Shown piece by piece: positions 1-8,603 of a stretch of DNA of 64,000 nucleotides (position 1 is the stretch's first letter; each line of letters starts with the position of its first letter). Below the pieces are notes generated by a model that saw nothing but the letters and a program-made list of their open reading frames with translations, did no database searches and was not told the origin of the DNA. Made by a program: the position numbers and the translations under genes. The DNA comes from a virus: the IMG/VR virus record IMGVR_UViG_3300012953_000019, positions 32,001 through 96,000 of that record; one strand, given 5' to 3'.

Positions 1-720
1 ATTCAAGGTAAATGTGATGGAATTTTTCATCTAGCAAATACTCCAAGAATTCGTCTTGCACAAAAGAAACCACTTCTTGCATTACGTAATGGTATTGATC
101 CAACAATTCACGTTGCTGAAATGGCAAGAAAGTTTAAATGCCCCTTGTATTTTGCCTCAAGTTCTAGTACAATATACTCTAATAAAATATCTAATCCTTA
201 TACACTTTCTAAAGCAGTAAGTGAAGATATTCTTGATATGTACTGGGAACTTTATGGAGTTCCTTCGCATATAATGTATTTTTATAATGTTTATGGACCA
301 AGAGAAGCAAATTATGGTGTACATAGTACGGTAATACGATCATTTAAAACTGCTGTACAGACAGGAAATCCATTACGAATTTTTGGTACAGGAAAAAAGA
401 CTAGAGATTTTACTCATGTTTATGATGTAGTAGATGGTATGTTAAATTTAATTATGATGGAGAAAAGACCAAGACAAACACATTTTGGCAGAGGTGATCC
501 TTACTCCATAAAAGAAATTGCAGATGCATTTAAGCACCCTGTAGTATATGAGTTTGATAGAAAGGGAGAGGCACAAGATACAATATGTGAAAAACCCTTT
601 ATGAAATCAAACTACGATGTTATTGATTACATTAAACACTGGAAAGAAGAGTTTAATGAAGCAAAGAAATATTTTGAAGTTAAAAGTAAATTACAGGAGA
701 TAGATAACCGCAATGCCTAA
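1..720 (+). CDS. NAD-dependent epimerase/dehydratase (extended SDR), 5'-truncated by the window edge
   Basis: Frame is open from base 1 (IQGKCDGIFHLANTPRIR...). It has FASSSS, the catalytic YxxxK (YTLSK), YFYNVYGP and GTGKKTRDFTHVYDVV motifs. Confidence 0.85.
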   Translation: MQGKCDGIFHLANTPRIRLAQKKPLLALRNGIDPTIHVAEMARKFKCPLYFASSSSTIYSNKISNPYTLSKAVSEDILDMYWELYGVPSHIMYFYNVYGPREANYGVHSTVIRSFKTAVQTGNPLRIFGTGKKTRDFTHVYDVVDGMLNLIMMEKRPRQTHFGRGDPYSIKEIADAFKHPVVYEFDRKGEAQDTICEKPFMKSNYDVIDYIKHWKEEFNEAKKYFEVKSKLQEIDNRNA

Positions 721-997
721 AGCAGTAGATATAAATGATAACCTTCCCATGTCAGATCCATATCTGATAACAAAAGAGTTTAAGTCCTCGAATGAATTCT
801 CACAGCACATTGAGCGACTGGCACATAACTCTGGTAGTTTTATTGATGCTATTGTTGATTATTGTGGTGCTAAAGATATTGATGTTGAAAGTGTGAAGAA
901 ATTATTATCTCCTTCACTGAAAGAAAAAATTAAAGCAGAAGCAGAAGATTTGAACTTACTAAAAGGTGGTAACAAGACATACAAGTTACCTATTTAA
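713..997 (+). CDS. gp33: Late-transcription coactivator, T4 gp33-like
   Basis: 94 aa with IDAIVDYC..DIDVESVKKLLSPSLKEKIKAEA..LNLL. Lies upstream of gp59 and gp32 as in T4. Confidence 0.85.
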   Translation: MPKAVDINDNLPMSDPYLITKEFKSSNEFSQHIERLAHNSGSFIDAIVDYCGAKDIDVESVKKLLSPSLKEKIKAEAEDLNLLKGGNKTYKLPI

Positions 998-998
998 T

Positions 999-1580
999 AT
1001 GGTAGAACCCTTTGAAGTCTATAAACTTTACCTTGCACTGAAGTTACATTTCACAAAGAAAGACTATGACATTACAAAGACTAAAGGTGCAGTCAAAGTA
1101 AAGCAAGAAACATTTCTTAAACGTAAAGACTTAACCGTTATAAGAAAGTTGGCTAGAGACTATAGTAGAAGTGAGATCATAGACTTCTTAGTAGCCAACT
1201 TTGTCAGTGGTGAAAAATGGGGTGGGTTGTTTGATGTTGAAGCCAATAGAATATATAAGCAGTGGTCTATTAGAAAATCAAAACGGGAATATACTTTTAT
1301 ACAAGACGTTGATGCCTTGTTACTAGAAATGGAAAAGAATAACATAAAGAATCCTTTTTATGAAAAAAGTTCAAAACACCCCTTGACTTTTAGATTATAT
1401 TTTGCTAAAATGATCACAATTGAAACTCTTGTAATATTAGATAAGATTTTCAATTTCGTAGATAGCGAAACGGATGATGTTTTTATCAGTGATTTATCAT
1501 TGATAGTCAAAAAGTATCGACCGTTCGTTAAGGTTACAGACAAAATGAAGTCTGTGGCACAGTCCTTAAAAGTAGTATAA
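999..1580 (+). CDS. gp59: Helicase loader, T4 gp59-like
   Basis: FEVYKLYLALKLHFT..YD and ETLVILDKIFNF motifs, plus synteny. ATG at 999 is preferred over the ORF-track start at 966. Confidence 0.85.
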   Translation: MVEPFEVYKLYLALKLHFTKKDYDITKTKGAVKVKQETFLKRKDLTVIRKLARDYSRSEIIDFLVANFVSGEKWGGLFDVEANRIYKQWSIRKSKREYTFIQDVDALLLEMEKNNIKNPFYEKSSKHPLTFRLYFAKMITIETLVILDKIFNFVDSETDDVFISDLSLIVKKYRPFVKVTDKMKSVAQSLKVV

Positions 1581-1583
1581 ATA
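1576..1583 (+). promoter_or_regulatory. T4-type late promoter TATAAATA
   Basis: Exact consensus upstream of the 63-aa ORF and gp32. Confidence 0.8.
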
Positions 1584-1598
1584 GGAGTATACTGTAAG

Positions 1599-1790
1599 AT
1601 GGGCAAGAAACGTAATCGCACATCCCAGTGTGGTGACGAAGAAAAACGTGTTCGTAGAGTAGAGAGTGAGGGTAAAACCAAACTCGACAAATACAAGCAC
1701 TTATTATATGATGATGGATCGTATGATGATGAAGTTTATGATGAACTATGTTACCATACACACAAAATACATCGCAAATTAAGTACATAA
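1599..1790 (+). CDS. Small hypothetical protein
   Basis: 63-aa ORF with an AGGAG RBS, after a late promoter, filling the gp59-gp32 gap. Confidence 0.55.
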   Translation: MGKKRNRTSQCGDEEKRVRRVESEGKTKLDKYKHLLYDDGSYDDEVYDELCYHTHKIHRKLST

Positions 1791-1808
1791 CGTAAACAGG
1801 AGAAATAT

Positions 1809-2726
1809 ATGTCTTTTAATTCACTTTCTGACCTCCGCAATTCCCGCGGTAACTTCAACTCTTTGATGAAAGAAGTTGAAAAAATGTCCACTACTACCAC
1901 AACACAATCCCGTGATGATGGTCGTGAGTGGAAACCCACTGTCGATCAAGCTGGTAATGGTTATGCTGTTATCCGATTTTTGCCTGCACCAAAAGGAGAA
2001 GATTTTCCTTGGGCAAGAATTTGGAATCATGGCTTTCAAGGACCAACTGGTAAGTGGTACATCGAAAACTCTCTGACTACTCTTGGTCAACAAGATCCAG
2101 TGTCAGAGTTAAATACTGAACTTTGGAACAGCGGAGTAGATGCTGACAAAGAAACTGCACGTAAGCAGAAACGTAGACTGGCTTACTACGCAAACATTGT
2201 GGTTGTAAAAGACCCCGGTAATCCTGCAAATGAAGGACAAGTATTCCTTTATAAGTTCGGTAAGAAAATCTTTGATAAGATTTCTGAAGCAATGAAACCA
2301 GAGTTTGAAGATGAGACTCCTCTCAACCCTTTCGACTTTTGGGAAGGTGTAAACTTCAAATTGAAGATTCGTCAAGTTGAGGGTTACCGAAACTATGACA
2401 AGTCTGAGTTTGAAGCCTCTCCAGTTCCAGTAGCAGATAACGATGAAGGTATCGAAGCTATCTGGGCAAAGCAATACTCTCTAGCCGAGATTGTTGATCC
2501 AAAAAACTTCAAATCATATGAAGCACTGCAAACTAAATTGCAACAAGTGCTTGGTGGTAAGTCTGTTCCTGCTCCAGCGGCAAGTGTAGCTGACCAAACT
2601 GGTGATGTTGAAGATGATTTGTTCGTAAAGAACAACAAAACACCCGATCTTGCCACAACTGTGGAATCAGCATCTACTGATGATGATGCATTATCCTACT
2701 TTTCGAAGTTGGCTGATGAGGACTAA
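1809..2726 (+). CDS. gp32: Single-stranded DNA-binding protein, T4 gp32
   Basis: DQAGNGYAVIRFLPAP, WYIENSLTTLGQQDPV, LYKFGKKIFDKI and an acidic C-terminus (DDALSYFSKLADED). Confidence 0.97.
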   Translation: MSFNSLSDLRNSRGNFNSLMKEVEKMSTTTTTQSRDDGREWKPTVDQAGNGYAVIRFLPAPKGEDFPWARIWNHGFQGPTGKWYIENSLTTLGQQDPVSELNTELWNSGVDADKETARKQKRRLAYYANIVVVKDPGNPANEGQVFLYKFGKKIFDKISEAMKPEFEDETPLNPFDFWEGVNFKLKIRQVEGYRNYDKSEFEASPVPVADNDEGIEAIWAKQYSLAEIVDPKNFKSYEALQTKLQQVLGGKSVPAPAASVADQTGDVEDDLFVKNNKTPDLATTVESASTDDDALSYFSKLADED

Positions 2727-2746
2727 ATAGTTCTGTCAAGTGTTTA

Positions 2747-2775
2747 GGGGGGAGCCTTGCGCTCCCCTTTTTTTT
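2747..2775 (+). terminator. Rho-independent terminator after gp32
   Basis: GGGGAGC-cttgc-GCTCCCC hairpin followed by a run of T. Confidence 0.9.
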
Positions 2776-2788
2776 CTTTAGGGTTATT

Positions 2789-4291
2789 ATGCACGGAATA
2801 ATATTTGGTGGCTTGTTAGAAGATATGGGAATGGACTCCAGTATGGTAAGCATTCGCAGATCATCTGGCGCACATAAAATTGCTACCTTTTTACGAAAAC
2901 ATAATTATGATATTGAGGTTGTTGATTATATTCATCGATGGTCTTTAGATCAATTAAAAGAATTTGCAACAAAGAAAGTTGATAATGAAACTCTTTTCTT
3001 TGGCTTTAGTTCTACATTTATGATTAGTACACCAGAATTAGTTGAGTTTGTTCATTGGCTCAAAGAAAGATACCCACATATAAAACAAGTTATTGGCAGT
3101 CAGAATCAAACGATGAAAGAATTGCCCTGTGATTGGTATGTTTATGGGTATGGTGAGTACGCTATATTGGCTCTTATAGACCATTTTAGAGGCGGTCCAG
3201 AGCCGATACACGAAGGAAATCTCATAAATGCATACACGAACTACAAGGCATTTCCTAAAGAAGACCTTTCTGTTCAGTATACAGAAAGAGATTTTATCCA
3301 CGACAGAGAAATACTACTATTAGAGATGGCAAGAGGATGTAAGTTTAAATGTTCTTTCTGTAGTTTTCCTATTCTTGGTGTGAAAGATGATCATACAACT
3401 TCAGAACAATATTTCTACGATGAGATGTTGAGAAACTATGACAAATGGGGTACGACTCATTACATGGTTCTAGATGAAACATTCAATGATTCTAGTGCAA
3501 AGATTGCCAAGTATGCGGCTGCCTGTAGAAAACTTCCATTCAAACCTAAAATGACTGCTTATATTAGAGCAGACTTAATGGTATCTAGAATACAAGATTG
3601 GGATAACTTGATAGATATGGGAATCACTTCTCATTTTTATGGTGTTGAATCTATGCACTTGCCTTCAGCGAAATCAATTGGCAAAGGAATGAATAGTGGT
3701 AGAATACAAGATGGATTATTAGCAGTAGATTCTTACTTTAGAAAGAATGCTGGCTTTTATAAAGGACATATATCTTTGATTGCTGGCTTACCACACGAAA
3801 CGTTGGATACACTTAGAGAAACAAAAGACTGGTTAGAAAAGTATTGGCAACAAAATAGTTTTCATTTGAACATATTGATGATTAAAGACTTAGAGAAAAA
3901 TGGTACATCATTGAATCATAATTCTGCTATGGATAAAGATTGGAAAAGATTTGGATACGAGAAAACTACTTTTCCAGAAGAGTGTGATATTGATTGGAGT
4001 AAAAGTTTCAATCCATACTTTAAAAATCTTTATGAGTATGTAGATAACTATGAGTATTATTTAAAATGGAAAAATCCAAATCTAAGTTTATATGATGTTA
4101 CTAAATTTGCTGTTGAAGAATGGAGCCAAGCTAAACTTAAAAATGGTATCGATCCATTTATGTATGATAAGTTCTTTATAGATCCTACAGTGAAATGGAG
4201 TGACTTTGCAGAATTAAATCATTTAGAAAGAAGAACAGAGCATATCAATGCTCAGATAGATTCTTATATAGAAAGAAAATTAGTCTCTTGA
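2789..4291 (+). CDS. Radical SAM protein with an N-terminal B12-binding-like domain (class B-like)
   Basis: CxxxCxxC in ARGCKFKCSFC; also DETFN, YIRADL, GVES and IAGLPHET. The N-terminal region (VIG...D.YVYGYGE) resembles B12-binding domains. Confidence 0.85.
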   Translation: MHGIIFGGLLEDMGMDSSMVSIRRSSGAHKIATFLRKHNYDIEVVDYIHRWSLDQLKEFATKKVDNETLFFGFSSTFMISTPELVEFVHWLKERYPHIKQVIGSQNQTMKELPCDWYVYGYGEYAILALIDHFRGGPEPIHEGNLINAYTNYKAFPKEDLSVQYTERDFIHDREILLLEMARGCKFKCSFCSFPILGVKDDHTTSEQYFYDEMLRNYDKWGTTHYMVLDETFNDSSAKIAKYAAACRKLPFKPKMTAYIRADLMVSRIQDWDNLIDMGITSHFYGVESMHLPSAKSIGKGMNSGRIQDGLLAVDSYFRKNAGFYKGHISLIAGLPHETLDTLRETKDWLEKYWQQNSFHLNILMIKDLEKNGTSLNHNSAMDKDWKRFGYEKTTFPEECDIDWSKSFNPYFKNLYEYVDNYEYYLKWKNPNLSLYDVTKFAVEEWSQAKLKNGIDPFMYDKFFIDPTVKWSDFAELNHLERRTEHINAQIDSYIERKLVS

Positions 4292-5899
4292 AATAAATCT
4301 AGCAGAACCTTGACTATCAGGAGCCATAGAATCTCCGAAACTTACATTTACTGATACCTCTGATTTTGGTGCTGGACCAGAATTTCCACTGGAAGTGTCA
4401 TTAATGACTATAGGCTCTGCTGGCTGTGATTGAAGTTCTTCTACTTCTTCTGTGTTTTGTTGTAACGGAGCAGAATCAACCATTGGTTGTGTGGTAAGAG
4501 GTGTTACATTACTTCTGCTTTCAAGTTCTGATGTTATGAGTGCTTTATTCTCATCGCTGATATCGTCATCTTTAATAATCGCTTGTAGTTGTCCTGTGGT
4601 CGCATCACCAATCATATCAGCATTTACTTCACTATTGCCAATTATGTCTTTATCAAACAGACCACTATCTTTTGCGGAGTCTAAGTTTGTTTTCTGTACT
4701 GCTCTTGCCTTTATTTCGGTTTCTACAAACTCTGTAACTTGTTTAGTTGCTTCTTCAAGAAGTGCTGGCATTCTTTCTTTTACTTTAGGATCACCTTCTG
4801 GATATTGTCCATGAACTTCATTATACGCCTCTCTTGCAATTTCATAACCAGCAACACCCAAAGTACCTACAGTACCTACACCAGGAGCAAGTGCAGTAGC
4901 GGCTAGTCCTGCACCTACCATATCACCTTCTATAAGTTTTTTCACACCTAATACACCACCAGCAACAGTTCCTAAAAAAGGAATTGCTCTAGAAACAAGA
5001 CCTGGTCCTTTTGTAGCCACGATTTTTGCAATGACTGGTGATAGATTCTTGCTACCTGGGCCAGTTGCTACATCAAGTACTTTATCCGCAATTTTTGTTT
5101 TCTGTAATAGCTTGGCTACTGTACCTGTACCCTCTGATGCATTTAAAGCCACTCGACCAGCTACATCGATACCCGCCTGCGCTGTTTTATTTGCTATAGT
5201 TGTAACTGGTTTGCTTGTTAGTACATCTCCGCCGGCTTTAAGTAATCCACCAGTTAGCTTTGAATTGCCTAATACTTTTACTGCTTTGGTTGAATCTAGT
5301 ACATCAAAGTCTGCTGGTTGTTGTGGTGTTGCATTAACTTCACCAAAATTTACTTCACCAGCATTTGCATTGGATGTCAGCATATTTAATGCAGTCAGAC
5401 CTGCCAAGCCACCAATGGCACCTTTACCTACATTCTTTGCTTTTTGTGGTATTGCAGGCATAGAAAATCCTGCTTTGATTTCCTCTTCTGTTTTTTCTTT
5501 AGTTGTAAAAGTTTCTTTTACTTCTGTATTTTTATTAATATCTTTTAGTTCTTCTTTGATGTCTACCAAAACACTTTCAATGTCTTGTAAGGTATCAGTA
5601 GATGATTCTAATACATTTGCATTTACAGTAGTATTTCTTCCGTTGTTATTGGCAACTTCTCCCTGTTGAGATACGTTTGCAGAAGCATTATCTGTTACCG
5701 CCCCAGGATTGTTTGATGCTAGATTTGCTCTAGCCATAGAATTAAAAGGAATTACATTGTCACGATTGCCACCTCTTCCAGCTAACATACCTGCACCAAA
5801 TGTGGCGCCTGTTCTGGCAGCTCCAGCCACTCCGCTTACGAGTGCACCTGCACCTCTTAATATTGGAGTTAATAGTGTAGATAGTGGATTTGGTAGCAT
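4280..5899 (-). CDS. Probable tape-measure/baseplate hub protein (gp29-like position)
   Basis: 539 aa, Ala/Gly-rich helical protein with GG-rich hydrophobic stretches, directly downstream of gp26/gp51. Length is close to T4 gp29. Confidence 0.5.
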   Translation of the reverse strand: MLPNPLSTLLTPILRGAGALVSGVAGAARTGATFGAGMLAGRGGNRDNVIPFNSMARANLASNNPGAVTDNASANVSQQGEVANNNGRNTTVNANVLESSTDTLQDIESVLVDIKEELKDINKNTEVKETFTTKEKTEEEIKAGFSMPAIPQKAKNVGKGAIGGLAGLTALNMLTSNANAGEVNFGEVNATPQQPADFDVLDSTKAVKVLGNSKLTGGLLKAGGDVLTSKPVTTIANKTAQAGIDVAGRVALNASEGTGTVAKLLQKTKIADKVLDVATGPGSKNLSPVIAKIVATKGPGLVSRAIPFLGTVAGGVLGVKKLIEGDMVGAGLAATALAPGVGTVGTLGVAGYEIAREAYNEVHGQYPEGDPKVKERMPALLEEATKQVTEFVETEIKARAVQKTNLDSAKDSGLFDKDIIGNSEVNADMIGDATTGQLQAIIKDDDISDENKALITSELESRSNVTPLTTQPMVDSAPLQQNTEEVEELQSQPAEPIVINDTSSGNSGPAPKSEVSVNVSFGDSMAPDSQGSARFISRD

Positions 5900-6084
5900 T
5901 ATTGTTTCCTTTGTTTATCTGCTTTCTTTTTTAGATGGTCGATTAGCATACTTACGTATACTTCCCTCTCCCATGGAACCCAACTTTCGATCTCTGTTAA
6001 ATTATATTTATGCTCTTGCATTAATAGAAAGTTAGTTTTGAAGAAATTCTCCATAGTTTCATGTGAGAGGGCTAGACGAAAAAA
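5899..6084 (-). CDS. gp51: Baseplate hub assembly factor gp51-like; probably reached by -1 frameshift from gp26 (internal ATG at 6054)
   Basis: ENFFKTNFLLMQEHKYNLTEIESWVPWEREVYV is typical of gp51. The frame overlaps the end of gp26. Confidence 0.8.
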   Translation of the reverse strand, partial: FFRLALSHETMENFFKTNFLLMQEHKYNLTEIESWVPWEREVYVSMLIDHLKKKADKQRKQ

Positions 6085-6779
6085 TCCAAATAGCCATTCA
6101 TATAAAACGTACTGGTCTTTCCACACTCTTTGTTCTTACAAGTGAATTCAATTTCTCTTTCAAGAACTGGCATAGTAGAAAAGAACTTTTTAAATCCGTC
6201 AAACTCTTCAAGAGACAAATTTTCAATAAACTCTACTCTTTCTTCTATGGACAAATCTGAAGCCATTAGAACATCATCTTTAGTATGAATTTCTTCAATA
6301 CAACTAGCAGACGCATGATAGATATCCATTTCTTGTTCTGCTTTTCCAATTTCCATTAGAACTTCTGCTGTTGGATATCCCATAACTACTGCTGTAGAAT
6401 CATTAACTTTTATGGGATTGATATGATCTTCTTTCTCTTGAATATCAAAATTTCTCATATCAATTTCTTCTGGCTGAGTCTCATTACAATGTCCACATAC
6501 AAAGTTTACTTCAAACTTTGGTGAGATTGATTGTGATCTAAGCTCCATAAAAATTTTCTGTAGATCAAAGATTGGTATTTCATCACCTTGAATTTCTCCA
6601 AAAGAACAATTCGTAATTACTTGTTGAATTGCTTTTACAAGATCAAGTTGATCATCTGACTGTGTTGCCATTACTAGTATTTTTTCTTCCTTTACTAGAA
6701 AAGGTCTGAACTTATACGACTTTCTTCGGGACAGTATGTCAATTTCAAAAAGTCGCTGGTCACTTTGGGGTATGCTCAT
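6072..6779 (-). CDS. gp26: Baseplate hub assembly chaperone gp26-like
   Basis: YKFRPFLVKEEKILVMA, FDLQKIFMELRSQS, CGHC and C..KECG motifs. Confidence 0.85.
   Translation of the reverse strand: MSIPQSDQRLFEIDILSRRKSYKFRPFLVKEEKILVMATQSDDQLDLVKAIQQVITNCSFGEIQGDEIPIFDLQKIFMELRSQSISPKFEVNFVCGHCNETQPEEIDMRNFDIQEKEDHINPIKVNDSTAVVMGYPTAEVLMEIGKAEQEMDIYHASASCIEEIHTKDDVLMASDLSIEERVEFIENLSLEEFDGFKKFFSTMPVLEREIEFTCKNKECGKTSTFYMNGYLDFFV
6078..6084 (-). promoter_or_regulatory. Candidate -1 ribosomal frameshift heptamer T TTT TTC
   Basis: X XXY YYZ heptamer in the gp26 frame, one sense codon before its TAG. The -1 frame is the gp51 ORF. Confidence 0.7.
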
Positions 6780-6794
6780 TATAACTCCTAATTA

Positions 6795-7508
6795 TTAAAT
6801 ATCTAATATATCATCAAACGCATTCGATAAACTGTTTTTTATTTGACTCTCAAGACTACCAAAACGTAAGTTTAGTATTTGTCCAAGAATACTTCTTCTA
6901 TCACCCTTCTCATATGGTACCCATCTCTTGTATGAGAATGTTACCGTACACCGAGCCGCACCTTCACCACCAGAATGTGATATTGGTGTAAGCGATATAA
7001 CTCTAGGGAAAGCCTCTTTCAAGCACCATTCGCCTATGATGCCATTAATTCTGTCAAGTGCATAAACAGTTACTTCACCTATCATGTCATTATAAAATGA
7101 AACTTCTTTAGAATATGGGTTTACACTATTCATCATCCACTTTTCAAAGTACTCTCTGACTTCCCAATCAGTATCACAGAAGAATGTAAAGGATGCTGTA
7201 TCACCATAAAATTCTAGATTACTTACACGATTCTCTGTCCAAGATCCAATCTTTACTGGATTGTATACTAATTGTAGTCCTGGAATTGCGGCTTCTTCAC
7301 ATAAGAGAGAAACATCTCTACTCCCAGGAAGACCTGACGGCGCTTGAATATATACAGCAAACCTATTCGCTCGGGCTAAATCATTTCGTCTAACCTTTGT
7401 AACCATATCCCGAAGATCAAATACGGGTTTAGGTTTTCTTTTTTCAACCTTTGCTGGTTCAGGAGAATTCGCATCTGGTTGATTATCTGTTGGTGATGTG
7501 TCTGCCAT
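6795..7508 (-). CDS. gp54: Baseplate tail-tube initiator, gp54-like (gp19 fold)
   Basis: LARANRFAVYI, LLCEEAAIPG, REYFEKWM, LKEAFP and VTFSYKRW motifs. Confidence 0.75.
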   Translation of the reverse strand: MADTSPTDNQPDANSPEPAKVEKRKPKPVFDLRDMVTKVRRNDLARANRFAVYIQAPSGLPGSRDVSLLCEEAAIPGLQLVYNPVKIGSWTENRVSNLEFYGDTASFTFFCDTDWEVREYFEKWMMNSVNPYSKEVSFYNDMIGEVTVYALDRINGIIGEWCLKEAFPRVISLTPISHSGGEGAARCTVTFSYKRWVPYEKGDRRSILGQILNLRFGSLESQIKNSLSNAFDDILDI

Positions 7509-7547
7509 GGTTGATAAATATCCTTTAGTATGTTTATTAACAAAAAC

Positions 7548-7555
7548 TATTTATA
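7548..7555 (-). promoter_or_regulatory. Late promoter (TATAAATA on the minus strand) for the gp54-gp26-gp51-tape measure block
   Basis: TATTTATA on the plus strand, about 40 nt upstream of the gp54 start. Confidence 0.75.
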
Positions 7556-7995
7556 TGACTTATAATAAAGAATTACACCAAGGCAAGTTTATTCCTAAAA
7601 ACCCCAATAAATATTCGGGTAATGTGAAGAATATTGTCTATCGATCTGGTTATGAAGTAAAATTCATGAACTGGTGTGATATGAATGATGATGTATACGA
7701 GTGGTCCTCTGAAGAGGTTGTCATACCATATCGATCTCCATTAGACAAAAGAATACATCGTTACTATATAGATTTTTGTGTCAAGATACGAAATAAGACA
7801 TATCTGATAGAAGTAAAGCCAGAAAGATTTACTAGAGAACCTTCTATACCAAAAAGAAAAACGAAAAGGTTTCTTAATGAAGTAGCACAGTATGCTGTAA
7901 ATCAAGCGAAATGGAAATCTGCTAGAGAGTTTTGTGCCGATAGAAATTGGGAGTTTAAGATTATAACTGAAAAAGAACTAGGAATAAAATATTGA
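7555..7995 (+). CDS. gp4: Head completion nuclease, gp4-like
   Basis: G.FIPKNP.KY.G, YRSGYE..FM.WCD, WSSEE..IPY, RYYIDF, IEVKP and NQAKW motifs. ATG at 7555 is preferred. Confidence 0.9.
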   Translation: MTYNKELHQGKFIPKNPNKYSGNVKNIVYRSGYEVKFMNWCDMNDDVYEWSSEEVVIPYRSPLDKRIHRYYIDFCVKIRNKTYLIEVKPERFTREPSIPKRKTKRFLNEVAQYAVNQAKWKSAREFCADRNWEFKIITEKELGIKY

Positions 7996-8016
7996 CCTAT
8001 AATAACTTTTAACGAG

Positions 8017-8024
8017 TATAAATA
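8017..8024 (+). promoter_or_regulatory. Late promoter TATAAATA
   Basis: Exact consensus, 6 nt before the gp2 ATG. Confidence 0.8.
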
Positions 8025-8030
8025 CTATAT

Positions 8031-8603
8031 ATGCCTAATCCATTTGAACAGATACGAGCCAACTCAAACGATCAGAAGAAAAGTTTCGACTGGTATATGA
8101 GACAGGTCCGTGAAGTATCAAAAAGTATTACATCTGCATCATCTACTTTAAATTCTGGTATAGGAGAACTTACGCAGAAGTTAGAAATGGGAAGTATGTA
8201 TATGTTCAAGTATGATGCTAAACATAAAGATACGTTACCATACTGGGATAGTTTCCCACTGTGTTTGCCTATAGAACCATCTCCTGGTGGATTTTATGGT
8301 ATGAATTTACATTATCTTCCTTATGGACTTAGGGCTCAATTATTAGGAAAGTTGTTAGAAACTGCTGATAGCAGAACTTTATCTAGCGATTCTCAGATGG
8401 GTTATAATTGGGATATGTTAAAAAATGCTTCTAGATTTCCTGAAGTTAAGCCTTGTGTAAAAAGATATCTTACTACACAAATGCAATCTAGATTTTTGAA
8501 GATTAATCCACAAGACTGGAAAGCCGCAATATTCTTACCAGTAGAAGACTTCAACAAAGCATCTCGACAAAAGGTGTATAGAGACAGTAGGGAAATGATT
8601 TAA
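8031..8603 (+). CDS. gp2: DNA end protector, gp2-like
   Basis: YMFKYDAKHKDTLPYWDSFPL, GMNLHYLP and CVKRYL motifs. Confidence 0.9.
   Translation: MPNPFEQIRANSNDQKKSFDWYMRQVREVSKSITSASSTLNSGIGELTQKLEMGSMYMFKYDAKHKDTLPYWDSFPLCLPIEPSPGGFYGMNLHYLPYGLRAQLLGKLLETADSRTLSSDSQMGYNWDMLKNASRFPEVKPCVKRYLTTQMQSRFLKINPQDWKAAIFLPVEDFNKASRQKVYRDSREMI

Noticed and set aside
2730-2745. TTGACA on the minus strand just after gp32
   Set aside because: No acceptable -10 hexamer at 16-18 nt spacing.
4452-5669. Plus-strand ORFs of 120 and 212 aa opposite the tape-measure-like gene
   Set aside because: Antisense shadows of an Ala/Gly/Thr-rich gene, with no RBS or motifs. The same applies to the many 60-160 aa antisense or out-of-frame ORFs over core genes.
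7992-8024. TTGACC...TATAAA as a sigma70 promoter for gp2
   Set aside because: The spacer is 19 nt. The element is better explained as the late promoter alone.
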